Of a DNA stretch of 64,000 nucleotides, positions 1 through 12,700 are shown one piece after another. Below the pieces are notes generated by a model. It did no database searches, had not been told where the DNA came from, and saw only the letters and a list, made by a program, of their open reading frames with translations. Origin of the DNA: Tubiluchus corallicola (taxonomy: Eukaryota > Animalia > Priapulida); NCBI GenBank assembly GCA_030141605.1, contig JAQGDQ010000345.1:124001-188000 (forward strand), read 5' to 3'. Numbering within the stretch: the stretch's first letter is position 1; each line of letters opens with the position of its first letter. The position numbers were made by a program, and so were the translations under genes.

Positions 1-265
1 TCTTTGACGCGAGTGAGCTAGAATAGCGTATGCAGTACAGAAAGCATCTTTGATTACTGGTGTTTGTTTACTGATCCTTGGTGACTTTGTGATTGTAATC
101 ATTTCGTCATTTGTCTCGCGCAACAAAAAAGGTGGTTCTTCAAATTTGATACCACTAGCAACGGCGATAAAAAAATCAAAAGAAACAAGTTTTACCGTAA
201 ATTTATAATAAAATAGATTGAATTGTAATGCGAGTAGGAACGGTATTGATAGGTAGCGTGCATCT

Positions 266-500
266 AGTAGACATTCAGATGTAGAGACTTCTCTCTCAAC
301 TTGTTGCGCAGCTTCTCTCTGAGAGTAAAGTTGCAACGTATGAATGGTTTGGCAACTTCTCTCGCAACTTATTGCAACATGTGAACAGTTTGGCAACTTC
401 TCTCACAACTTGTTACAGCATGTGAATGGCTTGGCAACTTCACTCAGAGAGAAGTTGCTCAACAAGTTGCGAGAGACGTCTCTATGTCTGAATGTGTACT
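266..500. mobile_element. MITE-like foldback element with ~68-bp terminal inverted repeats and internal ~40-bp tandem repeats
   Basis: The left end AGTAGACATTCAGATGTAGAGACTTCTCTCTCAACTTGTTGCGCAGCTTCTCTCTGAG matches the reverse complement of the right end (...CTCAGAGAGAAGTTGCTCAACAAGTTGCGAGAGACGTCTCTATGTCTGAATGTGTACT). The middle has about 3 copies of TGTGAAyrGyTTGGCAACTT. No clear TSD. Confidence 0.75.
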
Positions 501-586
501 GTAAAGCAAAATGTTTAACTAACCGAACCTTGATTTTTTTGTGTAGAAGGTACATGTAATTTGTTTCTTGCTTATTTTTTATTTAG

Positions 587-3500
587 GTACAAGTACTTAC
601 GCCGTATATTTCACTTTCGGCAAATGGACTTTGAATTTGCCTTGTGGCAAATGCTGTATTTGATGATAGCACCACAAAAGGTTTATAGGAATTTTCACTA
701 CAGAAAATGTAAGAGTTGGATTTTTTCAAGCTTGGACTAGCGGAAATACAATCTTAGGATAAACAGTTAAACTGACCCAGTCATTTGATTTGATGTACCG
801 GTAGTTTGCAAGCAACAATGCTGTAGGGTATTTAAAAACATGTGCTCGTGATTGTAATGGCAAATCTATAGTGCTAGCAGGATTAGGTATCCTCATCTCA
901 TGTTTCTGTAACTATCAGTGCAGGGCCAGGTAGCAACAAGTTTACTGGAATAAGAACTGGTAGATTTACTATTTGAATAATAAAATACTATTCAATTATT
1001 CTATATGCACTTTATTAGTCGTCGTTTTGGCACGAAAGAGCTTGGTTAAGGAATGTTATAGGATTATTGATTTTTCAGGGATTTTATATATATTTGTATG
1101 TTTCAGCTTTGTATTTAAACTTTTTTTCACTCTGTGGAAATATGTCCCTAAGCATTGTGCCAGTCCGGGGTGTTGTGAAAGTTTGCAATCTAGAGTATAT
1201 TCACCAAGTTTTTGTTGAATTTGCTTCATCAGTGTAATGATGCATAGTAGCTGGTCAAAGCGGAGAGAGCTGTGCTGCCTCTAAAGTCTGAAATAATCAT
1301 AACTTTCTTGTCACTGTTTTGGATGCACACAAATTATTTTCCCTGTCGAAGTGTTTGGCATAATAATCAAAAACCATTCTTTCTCAATACTGCAGCTCTA
1401 AAGTAGTTTCTGTTAGTTCGTGGCTTCACACTATACGATTCAACCAAAAACTACAATATGTGAACACAACAGCACAAACATTTTAAAAAAGTAATTCTCA
1501 CATGCTAGAAATAAATTAAGTTATCAATATTTTTGTTCAAACAGTCTTATGTAATTGTTTTTGTGCAACTGTTTTTTGTGGAAGTGTTTTTATGTCTTAT
1601 GTAACTGTCATTTTTTTGCAATTCTTGATTAGACAATTGATAATTACCATTAAAATGCTAATTAATTTCAGGTACAAAGGATCAGTATGCACGTGATGAT
1701 CCAGCTTTTCTAGTCTTACTTAGTCTTTTTCTTGTAGGTAAGTGCTAACATGTATTTTTTAAAGTGCAGTTTGCCACGAATGGCATTGTCAAATTTGCGT
1801 GCTTGTCATTTTCAGCTAAAACATTTTTGAGAAAAATGTGCTATGCAATGTTCAATGTTGTTGTTTTATTTCAGGATCATCCATAATTTTTGCAGTTGTT
1901 ATGGGCCTCAGTTTTGTTGGTTTTCTCAAGTTTGTCTTGTGGGTTGTGTTTGTAGATACTATTGGTGTTGGACTGCTGATTGCAACATTGTTCTGGTAAG
2001 CATCTTTACCACATTTATGTTAGATTTTTTATACTAGCTGGCATTACGGTTGCTTAACAAGATCACAAAACAGTCAGTCGGTGTCATCTTGTATTAAATT
2101 TATTAAAAAATGGAAGCATTAATGGATAGAATTATTAAAGAAAATGTAAAGTGTTTTAACAATGCAGACACAACTGTTGTGCCATCTAGTGTCTGTTACC
2201 AGGTCGTTTTTTACAGGGCAATTAGTAATAGATATTTAATTAAACATACAAATGCTGGACCAGATGTAGAATTGGGCTATTGCTTTGACGTTCATCTCAA
2301 TGCGTTTTTTCCACTGCTTATGATTCTGCACGTATTTCAAGCTATATTTTTACGTAAGTTTTTATCCTCTCTTTTTGAGTATTGTTTTGCTTTGGTTTGT
2401 TTTTGTGTTGATGCAGTTGGCTATTATTATATGCTATTACATTGTATTATATATAAGTGTAGTACATTTGCTGGAGCCTTTATTCCGATTTAATGTAATG
2501 CATCGCACTAATGTAATTGTGCGATGATTATATTTATAATAATTGCTTTAGTTATCATTAAACAGTTGTGCACATGCATCATAGGTCATGTTTAATGCCT
2601 TATATTTAGTTTTTTTAAATTTGCATATTATTTGTAAAAAAACTGTACATGTAAGTGGAATTTTTGCTCTTGTGCAAAGAAAATGACAGGAATATGCACA
2701 AACGTTTCTTAATAGAGGATGTCTTTTTTCAACAGTTACATATAATAATAAAATTACTGGAGACTACCTGATTCGGTTGCATTCATTACATTACAGGTTT
2801 ATTATTTTTGCAAAAATTGCTGAAACTTGTATTTTTTCTTCTTTCTTTTATGAAAGAATTGTGATAGAAAGAATTGAAAAATTTATCTTTTCTGAAACAC
2901 TCAGAAACAGAAAAAAACTGTTTGATATAGCATGTTACACTTACTTTCAGGTAAATTATTAAAATCAGAATTCTGCTCTCTTCAGTTTTTCTGTCATTTT
3001 TGTTAAATATTATTATTAAAATTGGTTGTATGTCAGAAATGATGAGAAATCTAATTGATATTTCTAGGTTCTCATTCCAACATGTGTGAACTAAACCTAA
3101 TGATACTCTTTGTTTGTTCTTTGTATTTTAGATTTCATATTATTAAACTGGTTCACCTCTAAACTATTTGGTAACACTTTATGGCTGATATCAATTGGTT
3201 ACTATATTTATATTACATTTTTAGGATACAGCGGTAAGTGAACAAAAACAATATAATATTTATAGAGATAAGATTTGCTTAACGTTTATCTATCACTTTT
3301 ACTAGATGAAGTATAAGCGATTTATAGCCTTATTTTCTGTTAATGTTTCTATCGTTATTAGTAGGTATCCAAACAAATCATTCTAATTTAACTTTCCATT
3401 GAAAAACAAATGGGCTAATGAAAACCAAGATAAAAATTAAGATTTTTGGCGATGAAAATGAGATATTGTTTTACATAAGCAGTTAAGTTCTGTGGCCATT

Positions 3501-4404
3501 CATTGATCTATTTAAAAATAGAAACAGTTTTAAAATAACTGCCAATACTGGACGTTTGATTATTATGGTACTTTTAGGAAGGCTGCTATGCTACTCATGT
3601 ATAACTTAAACAATAGTCAGGGACATAGCATTGTTCTAAAGTTAGGGGGAGCAAACACATAAAAAAGCGCTATGACACATGTAGCAATTATATGTTTGTC
3701 TATTCCACAACAGACAGTATCAGTGTGTGACAAGAATATATTATAATAATTAGATTTGGGGCAACTTGGTTCATTCAGTCAGTCAACTTTGTCAAATGAG
3801 TTGCATAAATGCACCCTTATTTAAAAAACATGGCAGGCAGGTTGGTTCAAATCATGTAATGACTTGAGAAAATTCTTCCAAGGCCGTGCCATTAAAAAGA
3901 TTGGAATTTTTTCGCACAAGTGAACTAAAAAGTTGAAAAAATTGTTGAATAGGCCCCAATTATGAAAAATGTGCTACAGGGAGCGGTTTCGGCACTGACA
4001 ATAGTTAGAAAATGTGTAGTGTAGCTGTAATTTCCACTATTCATGCAATACATGACAAATATGCTTATAATATGTTGGTAAAATCTGGTATTTTTTGTGC
4101 AAATGCATTTATACTTGCTTTAAATACTTTAATTACAGCATAATACTGCAATCTGCTTTCATGCAGGAGCATAGTCAGGTCTTTCGAGCATTGCCAGTTT
4201 AGATATTTATGTGGAACAAGCAACTGCTCAGTACTCTTAATTAATAAAATGATTATTATATTTTCAGCTCTACCACAGTTGCATAAAACTCAGATCTTAT
4301 TATATCCGATGATTGTTCTGTTTATCGCCTACATTGTCACAATTGCTGCTGGTTGGAACACCACAAACGCACTGATATACTTCTATGAATACAGGGTGGG
4401 CTAA
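587..4404 (+). CDS. UNC50: UNC-50 homolog (Golgi/inner nuclear membrane multipass protein), 5'-incomplete, 6 coding exons
   Basis: Exons 587-708, 1672-1737, 1875-1995, 2217-2353, 3132-3233, 4268-4404; all GT-AG and phase-consistent. Translation: YKYLRRIFHFRQMDFEFALWQMLYL...VYRNFHYRKCTKDQYARDDPAFLVLL...DVELGYCFDVHLNAFFPLL...GNTLWLISIGYYIYITFLGYSALP...FYEYRVG*. These are the UNC-50 family hallmark motifs. The exon with the start codon was not identified. Confidence 0.96.
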
Positions 4405-7299
4405 GCTATGATACTAACTGGACTAACAATTGCTAGTATGTGCTTGCACTGGTAGTCTTAACTTATTTATGATATTTTTGTTAGTAGGGAGTGCAACTCG
4501 GACTGCTTTTTGACAACCGGGTATACATTTTTACAACAATATTTTCTCGAGATTAATCAAGGCAAAATGGCAAATACAGTACCTGGACAGTATCTTGTGT
4601 TAATTATTTAATCAAATTTCAGTAGTTCCGTCAACTGTCATCTTCATACAATTTTACAGTTGGACCTATAGAGAGTAACCATCACTTTCGGCTGATAATT
4701 TGTGTTACAAACAGATTGAAATGCCGCACAAAGAGGAGATTGCTAGCCGCTCAAAATTTGTGGGGCAAACTATGGGTGCCACATTGTAATACAAACTCTA
4801 TGGTCTACTATTATTAGACAACAATGGGTGCCCATATTTGAAGCAAAAACTAATTTCTTCTTAGGCAAAAATAGCCCTTGAGCAACATTATTCGCAATGT
4901 ACAATGTAGCTTTCTATTTCTGTGCATGCATTGTCTCTGTTGTTAACGTAGTTTCAATGTGAAATGTCACACTACTTGATTGTTGCTAATGTCCTGCTAT
5001 ACAATATCCAAGCCACTGAATACCTTGCCAGCCATGTCATTGACACTAAACTATAGCAACTCTGCAAAAACTTAAATAAAAACTATAACTGCCAGCCATC
5101 TTCAGTTCTAAGTACTTTGCAAATAAAATAAATTAGCATAGAAATATGCTTAATTTTTCTTATTTTCTTCTGCAATACCATGATTATTAATAAAAATTCA
5201 TATATATATATAGTCAGATCTTCCGAGATGTAAACCCTACTTAGTAGTAATTATTTCCTGTGAATATGCATGCAGTTCTAATTATTTTCTTTATTATTAT
5301 CATATTTACTTACAAGCTATCCAGGTCTTTCTGAGAGGAGATTGCCTGTAATTACTAGCATTAGTTCCTTAGCTTCGCAGTAGAACTGAAGTGCTGCTTC
5401 TAGAGCTCCCAAAGAAGTTTAGTGACTGTAGAATGGTGACTTGGTTGTTACATTTACTGATACATTTTTGTTTCTTGCACGTATGTTTTTTCAATGCTTT
5501 CTCATATTTCTGCAGCCACTTTGTTGAACTTTCTTACGTCACTCACATACTGAAGTTCTGTAAAATGCATGACTTTCAATAAAGTTATAACATGTTTCTT
5601 ATAGGAGGCAGAATCTATTCTTCAGTTAGAGGCTGTTGTTCGTGGATGCATGCTGTATGTGTCTAACGGTTCAAATTAATACAGTCATACACAAATGAAC
5701 AGAAAATTATATTCCTGATGTTCATTTATATTGTATATAAAGTGGAAGCTTACATAGATAAAAATTATATCCAAAATTAGATATTTACTAGAAAAGTTTG
5801 CTATGTAATTTTGTATGCAAATAGATTACTGCAGTAAAAATCATTGGTTTTTACTCGGCTTAGTGACTTTTGCAGAGATTAAGAAATTTATGTGATTTAA
5901 GTAAGTCTGTTATATGTTTTGTTTAGCGGCTTGTTTATGTAGTTGTTGTTAATTTGATGTTCTATTTTTGCAGTTATAGAAAGCGAGATATGAAGTTCCC
6001 ATCTAGTGTACAGCTTACTCATTCAGTCTAACAGAGAATGTTCCAATTCATATTACATCCAGAGAAATAAATTAGAAAAGTAGAATAATTGTGTCCGTCA
6101 TTTCTGGTCAATCAGAAACACTTGGTCATCTTTAGCAGCACACATACAATACAGCAAAAACTGTTTTGCTTAATTATGCAGTTATGTTTATCATCAATAA
6201 GTGACAGGAATACAGTTCTGGGACTCCTTGCTAACATCTGTTATCAGTTGTATTTATTTATTTTTATATTCTGTTTGTAATAAGTTTGTGCTGTTTGGCA
6301 TAAACCGGCATTTCTACAAATGAACTGTTGCAGTCTTTTGAAAACTGACATTGTTATTAAACTTACACATCTGCAGTAAACAGTGTTTTTTGAACAAAGT
6401 AACTAAACACTGTTAAATGAAAAAGCTTCATACTTAGAGAAGTAAGTAAAAGAATGACATTTGATTGAAACTAAATGAAATGAAACAAAACTAAATGTGG
6501 TTAACAACATTTGTGTACAGAAGGAAGGGTTGTACTTTTAAGCTATGAAAGCCTGATACGAAAATGAGATAGGCTTAAAGATTTCTAGATGTATATTGTT
6601 CATTATAGCATACCTGTAGAAGCTGCAACTACAATGTAATAATGTGCTGTATGATTGCTCACTGTAACACATATAACTGAGCAATTTTTATAGTTAAACT
6701 ACAATCTGAACAACGTATTTAGATGATGATGAAATGCTAGTGAAGAAAATATTAATGATATCACCATTGAGGAAGAGTCCTGCAATGACATTTTAAAAGA
6801 AATATAATATCATTTCATTACAAAAACGTATCATTACCACACGAGAAAATAATTCATTAATTCCTCTAATTATTAATCTTTAAACATTTTTACTAAATAA
6901 AACTTTTCGAGGCTTGTGAGCTTGGTTAGAATCATAGTCTATTTAGGGTGCTGTAAATCTGTGCATCACAACAAATACTAATTCTTTGTTTTGCTGCTAT
7001 TGCTTAATATGATTATTATAAGTATATAATTAAGACATAATGTGTATTATTGATTCACCAATGAGAAACATGTCTGGCATTTATTTGCCAGTTCTCTTGT
7101 TAATTTGCATTGAGTAAATATCTACTTCATTCATACTACTAATTTTTATGACATGTAAATATTTATGTACTTAGTAAAAATATTTTCTAAATATGTGTTG
7201 ATTGCTATTGTTTTAACAAATTGGAAGAAAACGTAACATTATCTCTGTAAAACAAGCATACTAAACAAATTTAATACAATCTAATTAACCCATTTTCTT

Positions 7300-7512
7300 C
7301 TTCTTTTCATCTTCAAAGTCTCATACCGTTTGTTGTTCTAAACATTGAGGCATAAGATCTTCAACTCCTATAGCTAGATTTGGTTGTTGAACATCTTTAT
7401 TTTTCTTAGCTATCCAAGCACGTGTTTTTGGTTGCCAGGTGGTTTTTTGCAAGGTATTAAGGTTTCCTTTAAGGCAATTCTTACCGGTGTTTCACTTGGT
7501 AATCTTAATTAA
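7300..7512 (-). mobile_element. Degraded 3' fragment of an RTE-like non-LTR retrotransposon
   Basis: The minus strand reads RLPSETPVRIALKETLIPCKKPPG..., resembling the RLPxxTPxxxAL...KRPxGRP C-terminal motif of RTE-type ORFs. Frameshifted. Confidence 0.4.
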
Positions 7513-9324
7513 CCTATAATTATTCTGATTGACTCCTATCGTCTTATTTTGTAAAAACAAAGAATATTATCCATTAGCAGTTCAGTGCTTTTTATGCAAT
7601 TTGGCACACTGCAAGCTGGTTCAAAGAGTTAACTCACGGCTTGATAATGTTGATAATGCGGTGTTTGAATATTGATACTAATTATTGTGGCTGGACCCAA
7701 ATCTAGCTTGTCAAAGAAACCATTCCATTTTGTTATTTGTTGATGAATAAGGATTATGAGATTTGTCAGCGTACATGCATTATATTTAAGTATTTTGCCA
7801 TACTAAAATACCTAAAACATGTACAAAGCACATTTTAATACACGACACAATCAGCAACACTACTATGTTTGTCAAGAAGCAAAAAAGCATTCAGTATTTT
7901 TGTTGGACATGCCGACTTTTGCAGGACACTTGGTCTTTTGCTGTGACTTCAGTACCTAATTGGCCTGAGAGTTCCTCTTCTACTGCTTTTGAATTTAGTG
8001 TTTATTTGTACAGCTGCTTATATTTACTTATAATAACTATTTTTATACTAACAGAAGTCTATGCGAATGATACTTTACTATGTGAAATTCCCTCCTGAAC
8101 CCCTTGAAATTTTAAACCTGCTCTTGCAAAAACACTCCAGCTTATCATAGCCTTGCTCTATTACAGCAACTTGACAAAAATTTTCATGAAAATATCCTGA
8201 TTTATTAAAAAAATAAATCCAGTCATAATGATTGTCATTACTTAAATAATACAGAAAAATGCATAAGTACAAAAAAAACAATGGCAAGTGCAAAAAAATC
8301 CTATCATTGTCATTACTTAATCATGGTTGTTATTTAATTCATACAGATAAAAACATACGAGGCAACACCATGTTTAAATACAAAACACAAATAAATCTGT
8401 TGAAAATAGTATAACCGAGTTGTCTACGTGCCAACTTTCAGTTTTAAATTCCCAAAATTGATGCAGAGATGAATCAAATTAATTACACTCGACTGAGGTC
8501 ATGGAAGGGCAAGCTTGAATATAAGAATTTCAAGCTTCTTGATCTCCAGAAAGATCAGTAAAATGGATAAAATACTTACTGATATCAAGATGCATGCACA
8601 TTATCAGAACGCGCATTATGAAATGGCTTCTTCTTAAGCTAAACAATTGTGTACCAGTCCATTTCTCACATTGTAAATTCATAGTTACTTTATTTAGTGT
8701 AGTTATCAAGTATTTCACATATCTCCAACACATTCAACTTTAAGTTTAGCTAGCAGAAACTTTGCAAGTGCAAACTTGGCAAACATACTAGCTCGAGAAA
8801 TCTGAAACAAACGTTATTATGACCTGAATTTCCTTTTTTGAAATAAGTTATGTCCACTTTATTAAAGATGTAATAATGCGCATTTGCATTCAAATAGTGA
8901 CAAACAAATCAACACATCATTAAATTCATAATTTAACAGGATAAAACCCTTTTAAGTCTTCACTCATCATTATGTACAAAAAATTCTGTTTTACTCTGCA
9001 TGGCATCCATAAACAACACACAGCAACTTTACATAATTGGGTCAAATTAAAAACAAAATCACTACTGTATTTACAAAAATTATCTCTTGAAAACAAGTAA
9101 ATAATCCATTGTCAAAACTGTTCAATGAATCAACAAATATATTTGTCACTACAGATACAAGAAAATGTTATTTTATAATTAAGAAAATGTACAGCTCAAC
9201 AAACAGCATGTCTTTTGATTTTTAACATTAAAATTGTCCACTGATAAAACAACGGCAATGATACCAAAATAATTCATTTGATCAATAGTAAGTTACGGGT
9301 ATGAATTGGAGAAAGAAAAGAAAC

Positions 9325-9413
9325 ACTGAAAAATTGTGGACTAGTTAGGATTTGAACCCAAGACCTGGGATCAGTACTGCAAGCTGAGCTACTACTACTT
9401 GAGGGACCAGGCC
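9325..9413 (-). mobile_element. tRNA-derived SINE-like head (degenerate)
   Basis: Minus strand has GTAGCTCAG (A-box-like) and GGTTCAAATCC (Pol III B box) followed by TTTTT. Confidence 0.45.
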
Positions 9414-9727
9414 CAAGATTTCATCCTTGTAGCACACAATCCAACAGTGTCACCTTTTCTCCAACTAATTTCCAGCAATGGGTAATAATTGTTAAAAATA
9501 AACAGCACTGGTTTATAAACTCTGGCAATCACAGTCATAATCTAACTAATTAGTGATATTGTTAGTTATCAGCTCATTTTAGAAAAGTGTTGATACAATA
9601 ATTATGAGGTGAAACTAACATACTTAACAGTCATGAAAAATATTGCATACATAAAATACAAAAATCATGCAAAAATCATAAACCTATTCAAAAAGAAAGT
9701 TCAGCTCTATTTTCAACAGACTACGTG

Positions 9728-12700
9728 TCATGAAAAGTGGTTAGCTAGTTCGAATAAAGCTGTTTCACAAGTACCATACTGTCGTTTTAGCTGTTTATGC
9801 TGACAAAGAATTTGCATCATTTTTTCTATGACACTCTCCCGCTCTGCCTCAAGTTCTCTGCATTCATTTTGAGCTATAAGAATGTTCCTCAAAAGGGTTT
9901 CATTGTATGAGGTCTGAAATTCACAATATGCGCTGTCGTCCATATCAATATTCGAGTGTAATACTGCCCCTGCACCTATAAAGAAACTCATTATACAGCA
10001 AATCTGCATAATCCTCAACAAACTAATTTAATGCATTCACCAGACAAATGTTTAAAGGAGTTACTGATGCCATCAACATACCTGTCATCAATGCGGTGTC
10101 CTCATTTTCACTTACTTTTACACTAAAAAGTAAATTAATGAATATTATTTGACTAAATAATATTTCTGTGATAGATTAGTTCTACAAGCACATCAGAACA
10201 CGTAAATTCACCAGAAAAAGAGCTTTCTTCATAAAGGTACAAGTGAGTGAAGCTAAGAATGGCACAGTAGTTGGTGAAACGGTTCTATTTTTGCTCTGGG
10301 GATTTGACTCGCCATGCCGATTCTGGCTGCTCGCCTCATACAGGGAGGATGTATTCACATCATAATGTGGCTAAGTCAGGCGCCGGTCTAGCCATGACCA
10401 TTCAGTCACCTGTAGTCACCATATAAACACACACCATAGACAGTGTTTACACTACGGTTTAATATGCAATGATTACAGAAAATTATCTTCAAATTTTAAT
10501 TTTTTTACACAAACAAGGCGAATGCCGACTCAAGATAAAACTACTGTGGGAAAATGATAAATATATGAAGAGAAATAACATTCTTATAACTAATTTACAT
10601 TCATTATAAATTTTATTCACAAATACAAAGAAGGACTTTGCAGGCGAACGAAAGTATCTTCTGAAACACTTGCATCAATTGAGGTTTTATATTTTAGGAA
10701 ACAATTTGCCTGAAAGTAATGAATTCCACAGATAAGAAGCCAAAGGAAAGAAACTGGAAAAATAGGCAGCTGTTCCACATATAATAGTATCCAGAGTATG
10801 TCTAGAGAAGTAGCAAAAAACTGAGTATTACAAACAAACTTAAGAGGATTTGGGAATCGAACACATCCTAAGGAGATCTTCAACAGAAGTACCAATAAAA
10901 GAGTCGTAATGTAGTAAGTGACCCTCCTTTGAGAAAGTGCAACCTAAGCTGTGATTGCAGTACTCCGTATAAGGTCGTGTGTTTAATTTGTAAAGAGTAT
11001 TACCTTTGGGAATTAAAGGACAAGAAAACACTTTACTTGCATAAAGATAAAATAAGTTTGTCTAGAAATACCTACATACTGCCTTATTGGGCACAGAACT
11101 TGTATTAGCAGTAATGCTGTATAAAACATCAAATTTAAATTCTCGCAATAATTGTTAGGTGGTGCCATTTAACGGTAGGTGGTTTGAAACCAGTTCAGAT
11201 CACATTTCGTAAAATTTGAACGAAATCAGATGATTCGAAAGCGCACCCTTAACTAACTAAACAAAAGTATAAATTACTGTATCTTGTGAAAATGATTAAA
11301 AATACATTTGGTTGAAAATACACCCATAAAATTTTTGGTGAATCAGTGGCATTTTACTATGTGGCCTGAAGATTTTAAATTACTAAGAATTTTCTTTTCT
11401 AGTTAGGTAAGTCTCTCAAGCAGGTAAGTAATATAACCTTGTGCAGAAAATGTTTTGGAATATGCATTAAAATTGCCTTTTCTTCCCTTTTAATAAGTAT
11501 GAGTACGATGCAGGTATACCACTTCTTTTCAACACGTTCTTAGCTACAGCCGTTTTTCTCTATCTAAGATCAAGATGATGTAAGTGAATATATGACTGAC
11601 CAGAATGAATTGCTAGAAATTGCATATTTATAGCGTCTAGTCTAACATTACGATGATGAGAAAGGATGCAAGTTTTACCGTAATGCCTACAAGATCCAGG
11701 TCACACAACTGCTTAGCTGGTCAAAAAAATCTCAAGTACTTTTGAACCTATCTCTACAATTAGCATTTATTCCTAAAACATAATCAGTTTAATTAAAGCA
11801 TTACATACAGTAAAATTTCTGATATCTAATAATTAAAAAATGCAATACCTTAAAGGTACAGACGACAGAATATCGGTGTAATCAGTGTTATTTTCAAATT
11901 CTTCCGTGCCATCATTTTTAGTTACTGAAACGTTTGGTTCAGCGCAGTGAGGAAAACTCTTTCTTGCTGTTTGTTTCTTTGATTTGATTCTCCGTTGCCC
12001 GACGTGCATATTATTTTGTTCAGTCTTTACGCTTGAAGGCGTAAAAAAGGAACATGCATTGTCAGTGCTCCTGAAATTGACTAATTTAGCACCCACATGC
12101 ACAGTGTTGTTTTGCACGTTATTTAGTAAGTGTGCATCAGAGAATCCAACGTTACGCAAGTTATCAATGCTTAATAATTGTGTTGACGGTGATGCATCAG
12201 TGACAAAAGTAGACACCAAACAACTTTTAGACGAAAAAACATTTACTATTGCTTTTGTCCCTTCAGTCAAACTGTGGCCCCTAGAAATGCAAAAATATAG
12301 TCAGCTATGAAATTTTTAAAAAATAATAACACATCGAATGGGCTTTATAAAGGTCTACAAACAACAAAAAACGTCTACTAAAATTTTTTTCTTCATTTGG
12401 TACAAACTTAAATTGCACAAACAATTAATTTTCATGCATTCAAATTTAAAGCATTTTTATGCAATCTCACCACCAAAACAGAAAATAATTTGAACACTCT
12501 AGTTTTTAATCACTAAAACTTTTCACAGTATTTTGCTTATATTTAGCATGCAGCATGTATAACTGAGTACTCACCTTAATTCCAATGTTAATTATAACGA
12601 GAATTTATATATAAGCAGTAACAAGAACAAACTTAATTTTGTGAAATAAGAAAAAGAATTATAATGAATCCCATACTTGTAATTTTCCCGCTCCGTTTCC

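Noticed and set aside
10212-10370. Extra exon of the orphan gene
   Set aside because: The open frame ends in phase 0 at the candidate donor, which is incompatible with the flanking phase-2 junctions.
11984-12310. 108-aa plus-strand ORF
   Set aside because: Antisense shadow of the orphan gene's exon; no splice or homology support.
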